From an uncultured Opitutales bacterium (GTDB taxonomy: Bacteria > Verrucomicrobiota > Verrucomicrobiia > Opitutales > CAJWYM01): 49,922 nucleotides of DNA. A model generated the notes under the pieces. The model ran no database searches. It had not been told where the DNA came from and was given only the letters and a program-made list of their open reading frames with translations. The DNA is taken from assembly GCA_963924785.1 (NCBI GenBank), contig CAWUTK010000033.1, forward strand, positions 1 through 49,922, in the 5' to 3' direction. The translations under genes were made by a program, and so were the position numbers. Positions within the stretch are counted from its first letter, which is position 1; every line of letters starts with the position of its first letter. Positions 8,190-16,581 of this stretch are shown here, one piece after another.

Positions 8190-9830
8190 ATGAAAGCATC
8201 AGATTTACTTGTACAAGCACTAGAAAACGAAGGAGTTGAATATATTTTCGGTATACCAGGAGAGGAAAACCTAGATTTCCTTAACTCTTTGCGGTCATCT
8301 AAAATTAAACTTATATTGACCCGTCATGAGCAAGCAGCAGGCTTTATAGCTGCTACGCTTGGTCGCCTTACGGGGAAAGTTGGAGTCTGCCTTTCAACTT
8401 TGGGGCCAGGTGCGACTAACTTTGTGACGGCTGCTGCTTATGCTCAATTAGGGGCTATGCCTATGCTTATGATTAGTGGTCAAAAGCCAATTAAGCAAAG
8501 TAAACAGGGTCGTTTTCAAATTGTAGATGTAGTTGAAATGATGCGGCCATTGACGAAAATGTCTCGCCAAGTAGTAAATGGAAATAATATACCAACTCTT
8601 GTTCGTGAGTCATTTCGTCTTGCTCGTGAAGAAAGGCCAGGTGCGGTTTATTTTGAGCTGCCAGAGGATATAGCCCGTGAAGAAATAGATCATACTTTAT
8701 TTGTTCCCAGTTCCAATAGGATTCCTATTGCTGATGAAATCATAGTGAAGAAAGCAGCGGAGCGCATCAAAAAGGCAAAAAAACCATTGCTGCTAATTGG
8801 TGCTGCAGCTAATCGCAACCGCACTTGCCATGCTTTGAAGGATTTTATCGAAAAAACAGGGATCTATTTCTTTGACACACAATTGGGAATGGGGGTTGTT
8901 GATGAAAGGCATCCGCGCTTTTTGGGAACAGCAGCCTTATCGGATGAAGATTATCTGCATTGTGCTATAAATCGAGCCGATCTTATTATCAATGTAGGAC
9001 ATGACGTTATCGAAAAACCGCCGTTTTTCATGGAACCTGGCGGTAAAGAAGTTATTCATATTAATTTCCTTTCAGCTCAAGTAGATGATGTTTACTTTCC
9101 TCAAATAGAAGTGGTTGGAGATATTGCGACTAGTATTACTCATCTTACTGAGGAAATAACGCCTAATCCTGATTGGGACTTTGATTATTACGAACGTGTT
9201 GTTACATCAATCAAAGAGCATATAATGGAAAAGTCCGATGATCCACGATTCCCTCTTATTCCTCAGCGGATTGTTTCTGATATTCGTAAAGCAATGCCTT
9301 CTGACGGTATTGTTACACTAGACAACGGTATCTATAAAGTTTGGTTTGCTAGGAATTATCCCGTGCATCAATCAAATACTTTACTGTTAGATAATGCATT
9401 GGCTACTATGGGAGCGGGACTGCCATCCGCAATTGGGGCTAAAATAGTGCATCCAGAACGTAAAGTATTATCCGTCTCTGGCGATGGTGGCTTCATGATG
9501 AACTCGCAAGAATTGGAAACAGCAGTAAGGCTTAATCAGGACCTTGTAGTCGTAGTGCTTAGAGACAACGCCTATGGTATGATTAAATGGAAGCAGGCAG
9601 ACATGGGATTTCCAGAATTTGGATTGGATTATGGCAATCCAGACTTTGTCAAATATGCGGAATCATTTGGAGTAAAAGGATATCGCATAGAAAAGACAGA
9701 TGATTTCTTAACTATATTGAAAGATTGCCTAAATGCTAAAGGCGTTCACCTCATTGAATTGCCTGTTGACTATAGTGAAAATGAAAAAGTATTAATTGAT
9801 GAACTTAACGCAAAAACATGCATTCTCTAA
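8190..9830 (+). CDS. thiamine-pyrophosphate enzyme of the acetolactate synthase (AlsS/IlvB-like) family
   Basis: 546 aa. N-terminal TPP_enzyme_N pattern (GVEYIFGIPGEENLDF, TRHEQAAGFIA, GPGATN) and the C-terminal TPP-binding motif GDGGFMMNSQELETAV...NN-type. The substrate cannot be assigned from sequence alone. Confidence 0.85.
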   Translation: MKASDLLVQALENEGVEYIFGIPGEENLDFLNSLRSSKIKLILTRHEQAAGFIAATLGRLTGKVGVCLSTLGPGATNFVTAAAYAQLGAMPMLMISGQKPIKQSKQGRFQIVDVVEMMRPLTKMSRQVVNGNNIPTLVRESFRLAREERPGAVYFELPEDIAREEIDHTLFVPSSNRIPIADEIIVKKAAERIKKAKKPLLLIGAAANRNRTCHALKDFIEKTGIYFFDTQLGMGVVDERHPRFLGTAALSDEDYLHCAINRADLIINVGHDVIEKPPFFMEPGGKEVIHINFLSAQVDDVYFPQIEVVGDIATSITHLTEEITPNPDWDFDYYERVVTSIKEHIMEKSDDPRFPLIPQRIVSDIRKAMPSDGIVTLDNGIYKVWFARNYPVHQSNTLLLDNALATMGAGLPSAIGAKIVHPERKVLSVSGDGGFMMNSQELETAVRLNQDLVVVVLRDNAYGMIKWKQADMGFPEFGLDYGNPDFVKYAESFGVKGYRIEKTDDFLTILKDCLNAKGVHLIELPVDYSENEKVLIDELNAKTCIL

Positions 9831-9842
9831 ATATTCCATAAT

Positions 9843-11240
9843 ATGAAAGATACATTAATAGTAAAATCTCCGTATGATTTATTAAAAATTGCTGAACTTG
9901 AGTACAACTCAGAAACAGAAATCGAATCAATGTTATCTGTTGCCCATCAATTATCGCAAAAAAAATCGCTTCCGATATATGAGCGAACTAAAATACTTAA
10001 TATAACTGCGAAATTATTAGCTTCCGCTCGCGATAGCTTTGCGATGACAATTGCAAGCGAAGGAGGGAAGCCTTTGATTGATGCAGAAGTGGAAGTTGAT
10101 CGTGCTGTGCAAGGTATTGAAAATGCGATAGAAACTCTTAACCATTCCGGTGGCCAAGAAGTCCCGATGGGGTTAACCCCGAGTTCAGATAATCGAATGG
10201 CCTTCACTACGCGTGAACCTATCGGAGTCGTTCTGGCCGTTAGCGCCTTCAATCACCCATTGAATCTCATCATCCATCAAGTGATTCCAGCGGTAGCGAC
10301 AGGTTGCCCAGTGATTGTTAAGCCCGCTGGCACAACTCCACTATCATGTGTCAATTTTGTAAAATTACTACATGAAGCTGGATTGCCTAAAGGCTGGTGC
10401 CAGGTAGCAATCGTCGGCAATGAATTGGCCGAAAAGCTTGTAATCGATTCACGCTTGGCTTTTTTCTCATTTATTGGATCAGCAAAAGTGGGCTGGATGT
10501 TGCGTTCAAAACTTGCTCCTGGTGTGCGTTGTGCACTGGAACATGGAGGTGCTGCACCAGCCATAGTTGAAGAAGATGCAGATATTGATCGGATTACGCC
10601 ATTATTAGTAAAGGGTGGATTTTACCATGCGGGTCAGGTATGTGTTTCAGTACAGCGTATTTTTGCTCACAAAAATATTGTGGATAAATTAATTGATTCA
10701 TTAGCGGAAAAAATTGAGGCATTGCGTCTAGGCGATCCCAAAAAACGGGATACGGAAGTCGGTCCACTTATATTGCCAAGAGAGGTTGACCGTGTTGCAT
10801 CATGGGTAGCCGAAGCAAAAAAAGAAGGAGCTAAAATTGTTCTTGGCGGTGATTGTATTTCGGAGAGCTGCCTTATTCCGACTCTTATTGCAGAGCCTTC
10901 ATTGAATTCCAAAGTTTCAACTCAGGAAATATTTGGTCCTGTTGTCACGGTTAAGTCATATGATGAAACGAGTGAAGCGATTGGATGGGCCAATAGCTTA
11001 GCTGTTGCTTTTCAGGCTTCTGTGTTTACGCAAGATATTGATCGTGCTATTAACGCTGCAAAAAAGATTAACGCATCTGCAGTTATGATAAATGATCATA
11101 CCGCATTTCGGGTTGACTGGATGCCTTTTGCGGGACGTAAGTCTTCAGGTTTAGGAACGGGAGGTATACCGCATACCATGCATGAGATGACGCAGGAAAA
11201 AATGATCGTATTTAATTATAAGGAAAATTTATCATACTGA
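9843..11240 (+). CDS. NAD(P)-dependent aldehyde dehydrogenase family protein
   Basis: 465 aa. Catalytic Cys context FYHAGQVCVSVQRIF, Glu context ALEHGGAAP, and EIFGPV. Starts 12 nt after the TPP enzyme, so probably co-transcribed. Confidence 0.9.
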   Translation: MKDTLIVKSPYDLLKIAELEYNSETEIESMLSVAHQLSQKKSLPIYERTKILNITAKLLASARDSFAMTIASEGGKPLIDAEVEVDRAVQGIENAIETLNHSGGQEVPMGLTPSSDNRMAFTTREPIGVVLAVSAFNHPLNLIIHQVIPAVATGCPVIVKPAGTTPLSCVNFVKLLHEAGLPKGWCQVAIVGNELAEKLVIDSRLAFFSFIGSAKVGWMLRSKLAPGVRCALEHGGAAPAIVEEDADIDRITPLLVKGGFYHAGQVCVSVQRIFAHKNIVDKLIDSLAEKIEALRLGDPKKRDTEVGPLILPREVDRVASWVAEAKKEGAKIVLGGDCISESCLIPTLIAEPSLNSKVSTQEIFGPVVTVKSYDETSEAIGWANSLAVAFQASVFTQDIDRAINAAKKINASAVMINDHTAFRVDWMPFAGRKSSGLGTGGIPHTMHEMTQEKMIVFNYKENLSY

Positions 11241-11321
11241 CGAAGTTAACGCATTCCTTGAACTGTGCCTCTTTTGTTTTAGAAAGCACAGGCTTGCAGC
11301 TGGGCCATTTTTTTTGCTAGT

Positions 11322-11488
11322 ATAGATAAAGAAACGTATGCTCCAATAGCGGAGATGATTAATTCTGATGATAGCCCAGTTGGGATAGATGCAAAGAAAA
11401 CACATGCCTGGTATTGCATAAGTTGATGCATAATCTCGGAAATATTGAGTTGGTTCGCTTTAGCAGGGAATATTATAAAGCCAATTGA
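11322..11488 (+). pseudogene. degenerate paralogue of the 54-aa small ORF at 16582..16746 (start codon lost, 1-nt frameshift)
   Basis: Aligns codon-for-codon with 16591-16674 (IDKETYxxIAEMINSDDSPVGIDAKKTH). The ATG-containing segment is deleted. A 1-nt deletion between 11405 and 11411 shifts the frame, after which homology (LHKLM..LG.xE) continues to TGA at 11486-11488. Confidence 0.5.
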
Positions 11489-11687
11489 CTTATGACTTAG
11501 CCTAATATTCAATTGAAATTAATCAATATGAGTTTAGCCCTTCTTGACCCCACTATTGGCTGCAATAAGATCAATACTTCTATAGGCTGTGCCTATTTGA
11601 TAGAAGTAATAATCGATTGATTAATATATACCCCCATTCATACCAAACAGCAGAAATCAGGGTATTAAAACCAAAGAGAAATGACCT

Positions 11688-13322
11688 ATGCCTAAGAATA
11701 AAACAACTATGATTTCCGGAATAACGCTCTCTCCTGGTTTAGGTGAAGGGAATATCTTTGTTTACCGGGACATAATGAACCGCTTAGACGAGTTTTACGA
11801 TATTGACGATGCACACACTGGACAGGAACTGGAACGTTTAGAGCTTGCTCTTTCAAGGATATCAAAAGACTTAAGGAACCTAGCAGACCGAGTAGAGACT
11901 GAAATAGATGCTGAACTCTCAGGTGTATTCCATGCACACCTTGCCATGGTGAAAGATGCCAGTTTAAGAATAGAGGTAGAGCAAGAAATTGAACGTGAAT
12001 TAGTAAGTGCAGGGAGTGCTGTAAGGACGGTGTTTCGAAGATGGGAACGTCGATTCCAATCCATAGATGCGGAGGTGTCTAAGCAGAAAGGTGATGATAT
12101 GCGGGACTTAACTCGACGAATCGTCTCGGCACTAGCTGGTGTTCACGGTCATGCTCTGGAAAAAATGCCTAAAGGAAGTGTTCTTGTGGCTAATCGTCTC
12201 TTACCTTCAGATACGGTATTCCTTGCACGGAACATGGCTACAGCGGCTTTACTTGAAGTTGGGTCTAAGGGTTCTCATGCTACACTATTCGCGAACGAAA
12301 TCGGGCTACCATGCGTATCCTGTATTCCAGGTCTACTAGAGACTGTATCTGAAAATTCTTATGCGATAGTCGATGCCGATGGGGCTCAATCGATAATAAA
12401 CCCAACTAAGTCGCAACGTGATACTTTCCTGGAAAAAACCGAACAGAAGATGCAGGTCAATAAAAAAGCCCGCTCCCTCGCACACAAGTCAGCTATTACA
12501 AAAGGTGGACTAAAAATACCCGTTCTTGCCAACGTAGGCGACGTAGAAGATACACGAATAGCCATTGCAAGCGGTGCTGATGGAATTGGGCTTTATCGGC
12601 TCGAACAGATTTACTTAAGTAGGCAACATCCTCCAAGCGTCGCCGAGTTGCTTAAAGAAATGCAGACAACCTTACGGCCAGCCAAAGGTTTACCCGTCTA
12701 TGTTCGACTACTTGATATTGGAGCGGACAAGCAACTTCCATTTATTGACATGCCAAAGGAAAGCAATCCTTCTTTGGGACAAAGAGGAATCCGCTTCCTT
12801 CTTCAATATCCTGATCTCCTAGCAACACAGTTAGACGCATTGCTTCAGCTTTCAATAGATTTTGATGTGCATATTTTAGTGCCCATGGTTACGCTGTCGA
12901 GCGACATGATAGCAGTAGAGGAAGCCCTAAAAGGTGCAACTTTTAGAAACAAACAATCAAGCATTCCTAAACTCGGAGCAATGATCGAAACGCCAGCTGC
13001 GGCCCTTGCTGCAGCTGAAATCTCAAAGCATACATCTTTCCTAAGCTTTGGAACAAATGATCTCACACAGTACTCATTTGCCGCTGATCGAGAGAATCCG
13101 TCTGTTGATTCTTATTTCGATGATGCCCACGAAATAATTTTTCGTCTAATCCGTATGGTCCATGAAGATGTCCCCAATATGCCACTTTCGGTTTGTGGAG
13201 AATTGGCCAGACGGTCAATTGCAACTTCCAAGCTTATTGATTGTGGCGTCACTTCCTTGAGTGTAGCACCACTCTCCATTCCGACAGTCAAAGAAACTGT
13301 TCGAAATAGTCATTGCGCATAA
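11688..13322 (+). CDS. PEP-utilising enzyme, PTS Enzyme I-like (phosphoenolpyruvate-protein phosphotransferase family)
   Basis: 544 aa. Phospho-His domain GSKGSHATLFANEIGLPCV, and a PEP-utilizers_C barrel with GLYRLEQIY, MIETPAA, FGTNDLTQY and the catalytic Cys context SVCGELA. No HPr or EII genes in the window. Confidence 0.85.
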   Translation: MPKNKTTMISGITLSPGLGEGNIFVYRDIMNRLDEFYDIDDAHTGQELERLELALSRISKDLRNLADRVETEIDAELSGVFHAHLAMVKDASLRIEVEQEIERELVSAGSAVRTVFRRWERRFQSIDAEVSKQKGDDMRDLTRRIVSALAGVHGHALEKMPKGSVLVANRLLPSDTVFLARNMATAALLEVGSKGSHATLFANEIGLPCVSCIPGLLETVSENSYAIVDADGAQSIINPTKSQRDTFLEKTEQKMQVNKKARSLAHKSAITKGGLKIPVLANVGDVEDTRIAIASGADGIGLYRLEQIYLSRQHPPSVAELLKEMQTTLRPAKGLPVYVRLLDIGADKQLPFIDMPKESNPSLGQRGIRFLLQYPDLLATQLDALLQLSIDFDVHILVPMVTLSSDMIAVEEALKGATFRNKQSSIPKLGAMIETPAAALAAAEISKHTSFLSFGTNDLTQYSFAADRENPSVDSYFDDAHEIIFRLIRMVHEDVPNMPLSVCGELARRSIATSKLIDCGVTSLSVAPLSIPTVKETVRNSHCA

Positions 13323-13509
13323 CGATGAAACATCTTTTCTTAACGATGCAGCGGTAAATGATCAACGAATTTGTTTTTGTTAATCCCTGAAACCAAATTA
13401 ATGGAGACATAGCTTCCTTGCATGAATTGAGGCAAGGGGTTAGCAATAACTTTTACAACCCTGCTTCAATTAATGCCGCCAAGTAATAAGTTTAGTATGA
13501 AGCATTTAA

Positions 13510-13995
13510 GTCGTTCGTCTTTCGCCATCCCAAGCAGATGGCAGGTTAAAGGTACAGTTAAAAATCACTGCTTTTAGAATTTATTCTCCCCGCGCTTTTA
13601 GTCACACCACGGGTAAAACGCTAGAATACATTAGTGCTGGCCATTGCCCTTGTTTAATTTTGAAACCTAATGGTATAAGAATGCAACTATTGCCTTCTGG
13701 GCCTCCTTTGCGAATTGATGCTGATTATGAATATACCGTTGATCGGCAATTATTGGCAGAAGATGAAGGGGTATTGTTCGTTTCGGATGGGTGTTATGAG
13801 TGGAAGCAAGGAAATGATATTTTTGGTTGGGAGCGATTCGCTTCTTTTGTTGAGCAATCATTGTATAAGGATCCGAAAGGTTTCTGGGTTGATTTACTTA
13901 AAAAAATACCTTTTTCACCTAGGGATCAAGACGATGTTAGTATGATGTTTTTTCGAAACGGTAAGAATCTAAATAAAGGAGGATTTGATGGATGA
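13510..13995 (+). pseudogene. 5'-truncated PP2C/SpoIIE-type phosphatase fragment
   Basis: Track ORF 13660..13995 (TTG); the frame is open back to 13510 without a canonical start. Contains only the C-terminal half of the domain: LEYISAGHCPCLILKPNG, GPPLRID, EGVLFVSDGCYE, DDVSMMFF. The N-terminal metal-binding part is absent. Confidence 0.6.
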
Positions 13996-14378
13996 TGAGA
14001 ATTTTATAAATAGTAGACCCTTGAAAGTTGCTGTGGTTGATGATGATATTGTCATGATTCGATTGCTTGAGTTTCATTTTAAGAAAGAAGGGATAGCGGG
14101 TGATTACTTCAAATTCTGACAATGAGCTTTTAGGTAATTTGGAAAAAGCTTCATTTGATTTGATTGTCTTAGATCAAAAACTCCCAGATGTTTTAGGTAT
14201 AGATCTTCTTCGCCAACTACGGGAAATGGATAAATGGAAAGATGTGCCTGTGATCTTTATCACGAGTCATGCAAATCCAGATGTTCATAGTAATATTGAA
14301 GAGTTGAAGGTGGCGGATATTCAATTTAAGCCTTTCAGTCCTTCAGTTTTAATTAGAAAGATTAAAGAATGTCTGTAG
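13988..14378 (+). pseudogene. response-regulator receiver domain split by a +1 frameshift in a G run
   Basis: ATG 13988 frame: MDDENFINSRPLKVAVVDDDIVMIRLLEFHFKKEGIAGDYFKF* (stop 14117-14119). Track ORF 14100..14378 continues as (V)ITSNSDNELLGNLEKASFDLIVLDQKLPD...FKPFS. Removing one G from gcggg (14096-14100) yields one intact REC domain. Confidence 0.65.
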
Positions 14379-14390
14379 GGAAATCGTGTT

Positions 14391-15218
14391 ATGATAACTA
14401 AGGGCGATTGCTTAGAGTCGATTACTCCGTTAATGATAAAAGAGTCCATTTGGGAAAATCATACCCATTTGGCCATGGGTGATATTCGACCGATGCTGAA
14501 TCAAGACAAGGAGGGTGTCGCTGATGATACTGCAAAGTATTTTGTTCATGGTGGAGACGGAAATTTATTCGCCGTGTTGATTTGTTCTAATCCGAATTCT
14601 CCAAATTTAATTTCTCGAAGCATTGAGCGAGCGACGATAGCTCAATCAATATTGGCAAATGCAGGATCTGTCATTATTGACCCTATCGCTTGTGGAGAGG
14701 TAAACGGCTTAAGCTATGCCATATGGCCACTTAAGGAAACATTTTCTACAACAAGAATTAAAAGATATTTTCAGAAAAGAAAAATTGTTCCTGAGGTCTT
14801 TTTCTGGTTACGGGATGTTGTGAGTTTAACTAAGGTTCAAGTTGATGATTGCTCTAATTATGTGCAAACGTTCAACTCAATTGCTAGAGATGATGAGCTT
14901 CCTGATGAGGTTCGTGTAATAGCTCGTAAGGCTGAGAGTCGTATGGGAAATAACCGATTTACTCCTTATTCGGTTTTAGAGCATGGTGATTTGTGGGTGG
15001 ATAATATACTTCTACCTTTAGGACGTAGCTTCTTGCCTAATGCTAAGTATGGATTCTTTGTTATTGATTGGGCAGGATCTCGCACTAATGGTAATCCTTT
15101 TTATGACCTCTTTCGATTCGCTATATCTGCAGGAAAGCAAAGGGATGTATTGAGAAGCGAAATAGAAATCCATTGCACATTGTTAGGGTGTGATGTGTCA
15201 GATGTTGCCTGCTACTAA
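14391..15218 (+). CDS. APH/choline-kinase-like phosphotransferase family protein (ends at an in-frame TAA; frame stays open to 15335)
   Basis: Catalytic loop LEHGDLWVDNILL (HGDxxxxN) and FVIDWAGS (IDW metal-binding motif) of the aminoglycoside/choline kinase fold. After TAA 15216-15218 the same frame reads VAALGMISMDLEYFPKENFNAMTVEVFNVLRELSIDDI* (stop 15333-15335). Confidence 0.75.
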   Translation: MITKGDCLESITPLMIKESIWENHTHLAMGDIRPMLNQDKEGVADDTAKYFVHGGDGNLFAVLICSNPNSPNLISRSIERATIAQSILANAGSVIIDPIACGEVNGLSYAIWPLKETFSTTRIKRYFQKRKIVPEVFFWLRDVVSLTKVQVDDCSNYVQTFNSIARDDELPDEVRVIARKAESRMGNNRFTPYSVLEHGDLWVDNILLPLGRSFLPNAKYGFFVIDWAGSRTNGNPFYDLFRFAISAGKQRDVLRSEIEIHCTLLGCDVSDVACY

Positions 15219-15515
15219 GTCGCAGCGCTGGGAATGATCTCTATGGATTTAGAATATTTTCCTAAGGAGAATTTTAATGCAATGACTGTTGAGGTTTTTA
15301 ATGTATTAAGGGAACTGTCTATCGATGATATTTGATTTATAGGGGTAGTGGTTTGTTTATTTAAAATTTAGGATATAGGCGTCATTACGTTTTTAAATTT
15401 TTGGTAATGAGGTTTTTATTATCTGAAGATTGTTTCTTTTTATATGATAAGGGACCAATGGATTTTTTAAGGTTTGTAATTGGTTAAGGAATTCCTCCTC
15501 CTCGTTTTCTCCCGT

Positions 15516-16331
15516 TTATTTAATGCCTTCGTTGATTCTTGCTATTATTTGCCAGACGGAATGATCTCTCCATTTAGTTTCTTTCAGTTGTGCATCCCAA
15601 ATTGCTAGTCCAATAGAGCTTTCTTCGAGTATCCACTGAAGATGCTCCTTCTCTGAATTGCCTTGCCATTCGTAGGCATTGCCGGGGATCCCAATGAGCA
15701 ATTTAGATGAGTGTTTGCCTGCGGCAATTTTAATGAATTTATAAGATCTCCAATTGGAAGCCCCTTTTCCGGTTTCGGAATAGCCCATCACGTGTAGCCC
15801 ATCGATGTGTGGGAGAAGATCCTGCCACCAAGTTTGATTTGGAGCATTCCATTTGTAGGCGAAGCTATCAACCGTCAGTTCTTTGTTCTCTGCTCGAAGA
15901 GCTTTTGACAATTCTTTGATGAACTGGACAAAAGCCTCTTTATCTTCGTTGAGTTTTCCTTTCCCTGCAAAATCGATGTCAACCCCATCGAGTTTTAGTC
16001 GAACGGTTTCATTGACTAGAGCCTCAATGAATTTTTTTTGGTGGGTGGAGAAAGCTGTCTTCGCTAGTTTCCAGTCCCAGCCAGAAGAGGTACTATTGTA
16101 AACGCACAGCAGAATCTTGACTTCGTTCGCGTCGCCCCACTGTCGGAATTCTGAAACGGTCGATTCATCAATTGGACCAAATCTTTTAACCATTTTAAGT
16201 TTCCCGTCCTCGGTAGGATTCCAAAACTGGAGACCCAAGTGCGTCAGACCGTCTTTCATTCCGATGCCCTCGAATGATTCATTCAATCTCTCCTTGCAAG
16301 CACTTATAGCGTAAGGGGGCACCCATGTCAT
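15516..16331 (-). CDS. GH18-like (chitinase-fold) protein, probably inactivated: separated from its signal peptide and lacking the catalytic Glu
   Basis: 271 aa. The GH18 signature DxxDxDxE reads LDGVDIDFAG (Ala where the Glu is expected). TIM-barrel-like features NSTSSGWDW and HVMGY. See the 8-bp duplication at 16341-16356. Confidence 0.7.
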   Translation of the reverse strand: MTWVPPYAISACKERLNESFEGIGMKDGLTHLGLQFWNPTEDGKLKMVKRFGPIDESTVSEFRQWGDANEVKILLCVYNSTSSGWDWKLAKTAFSTHQKKFIEALVNETVRLKLDGVDIDFAGKGKLNEDKEAFVQFIKELSKALRAENKELTVDSFAYKWNAPNQTWWQDLLPHIDGLHVMGYSETGKGASNWRSYKFIKIAAGKHSSKLLIGIPGNAYEWQGNSEKEHLQWILEESSIGLAIWDAQLKETKWRDHSVWQIIARINEGIK

Positions 16332-16432
16332 TACTCTCGTTTGCTCCCTTGCTCCCTTGCTACTTGGCTAAAGCCAATCGAATGAAGGACGATGGCAGAG
16401 ATGAAAATGGTGGTTAGGAGCAAGTGAGTCAT
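16331..16432 (-). pseudogene. orphaned signal-peptide exon-like ORF of the GH18-like gene
   Basis: Manual translation MTHLLLTTIFISAIVLHSIGFSQVAREQGSKRE*: n-region plus hydrophobic core typical of a Sec signal. Its stop overlaps the ATG of 15516..16331 in a different frame. Confidence 0.55.
16341..16356. repeat. 8-bp tandem duplication (ttgctccc x2) causing the frameshift in the GH18-like gene
   Basis: ttgctccc at 16341-16348 and again at 16349-16356, followed by ttgctact. Deleting one unit joins 16432..15516 into a single 909-nt (303-codon) frame reading ...GFSQVAREQTRVMTWVPPY... Confidence 0.9.
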
Positions 16433-16581
16433 GGATGGAGTAAGGATAATGTAACTGAATCTCAGTTAGATGGAACATGTTTGGTCGAAAATGTCGAGAA
16501 TATCAAGGCGGTGTCGAATTTATGCTGGTGAGGTAAAATACGGTCATTGATCTTAAATGTATTTTTTGCGAGTATAGTGAA

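Noticed and set aside
11279-11512. Minus-strand track ORF sharing CVFFASIPTGLSSE(L/F)IISAI with ORFs 16462..16689 and 16503..16772
   Set aside because: The nucleotide differences between the two copies are synonymous on the + strand and replacing on the minus strand. The shared peptide is the antisense shadow of the + strand small ORF.
8190-13322. Phosphonate biosynthesis cluster (PEP-utilising enzyme + TPP decarboxylase + aldehyde dehydrogenase)
   Set aside because: The PEP enzyme is Enzyme-I-like (phospho-His swivel domain plus PEP-utilizers_C). It is not a PEP mutase of the isocitrate-lyase fold, so the idea has no basis.
15382-15417. Hairpin tcattac-N15-gtaatga followed by a T-run between the convergent kinase and GH18-like genes (possible terminator)
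   Set aside because: The 7-bp stem is AT-rich and the loop is 15 nt, so predicted stability is too low to call.
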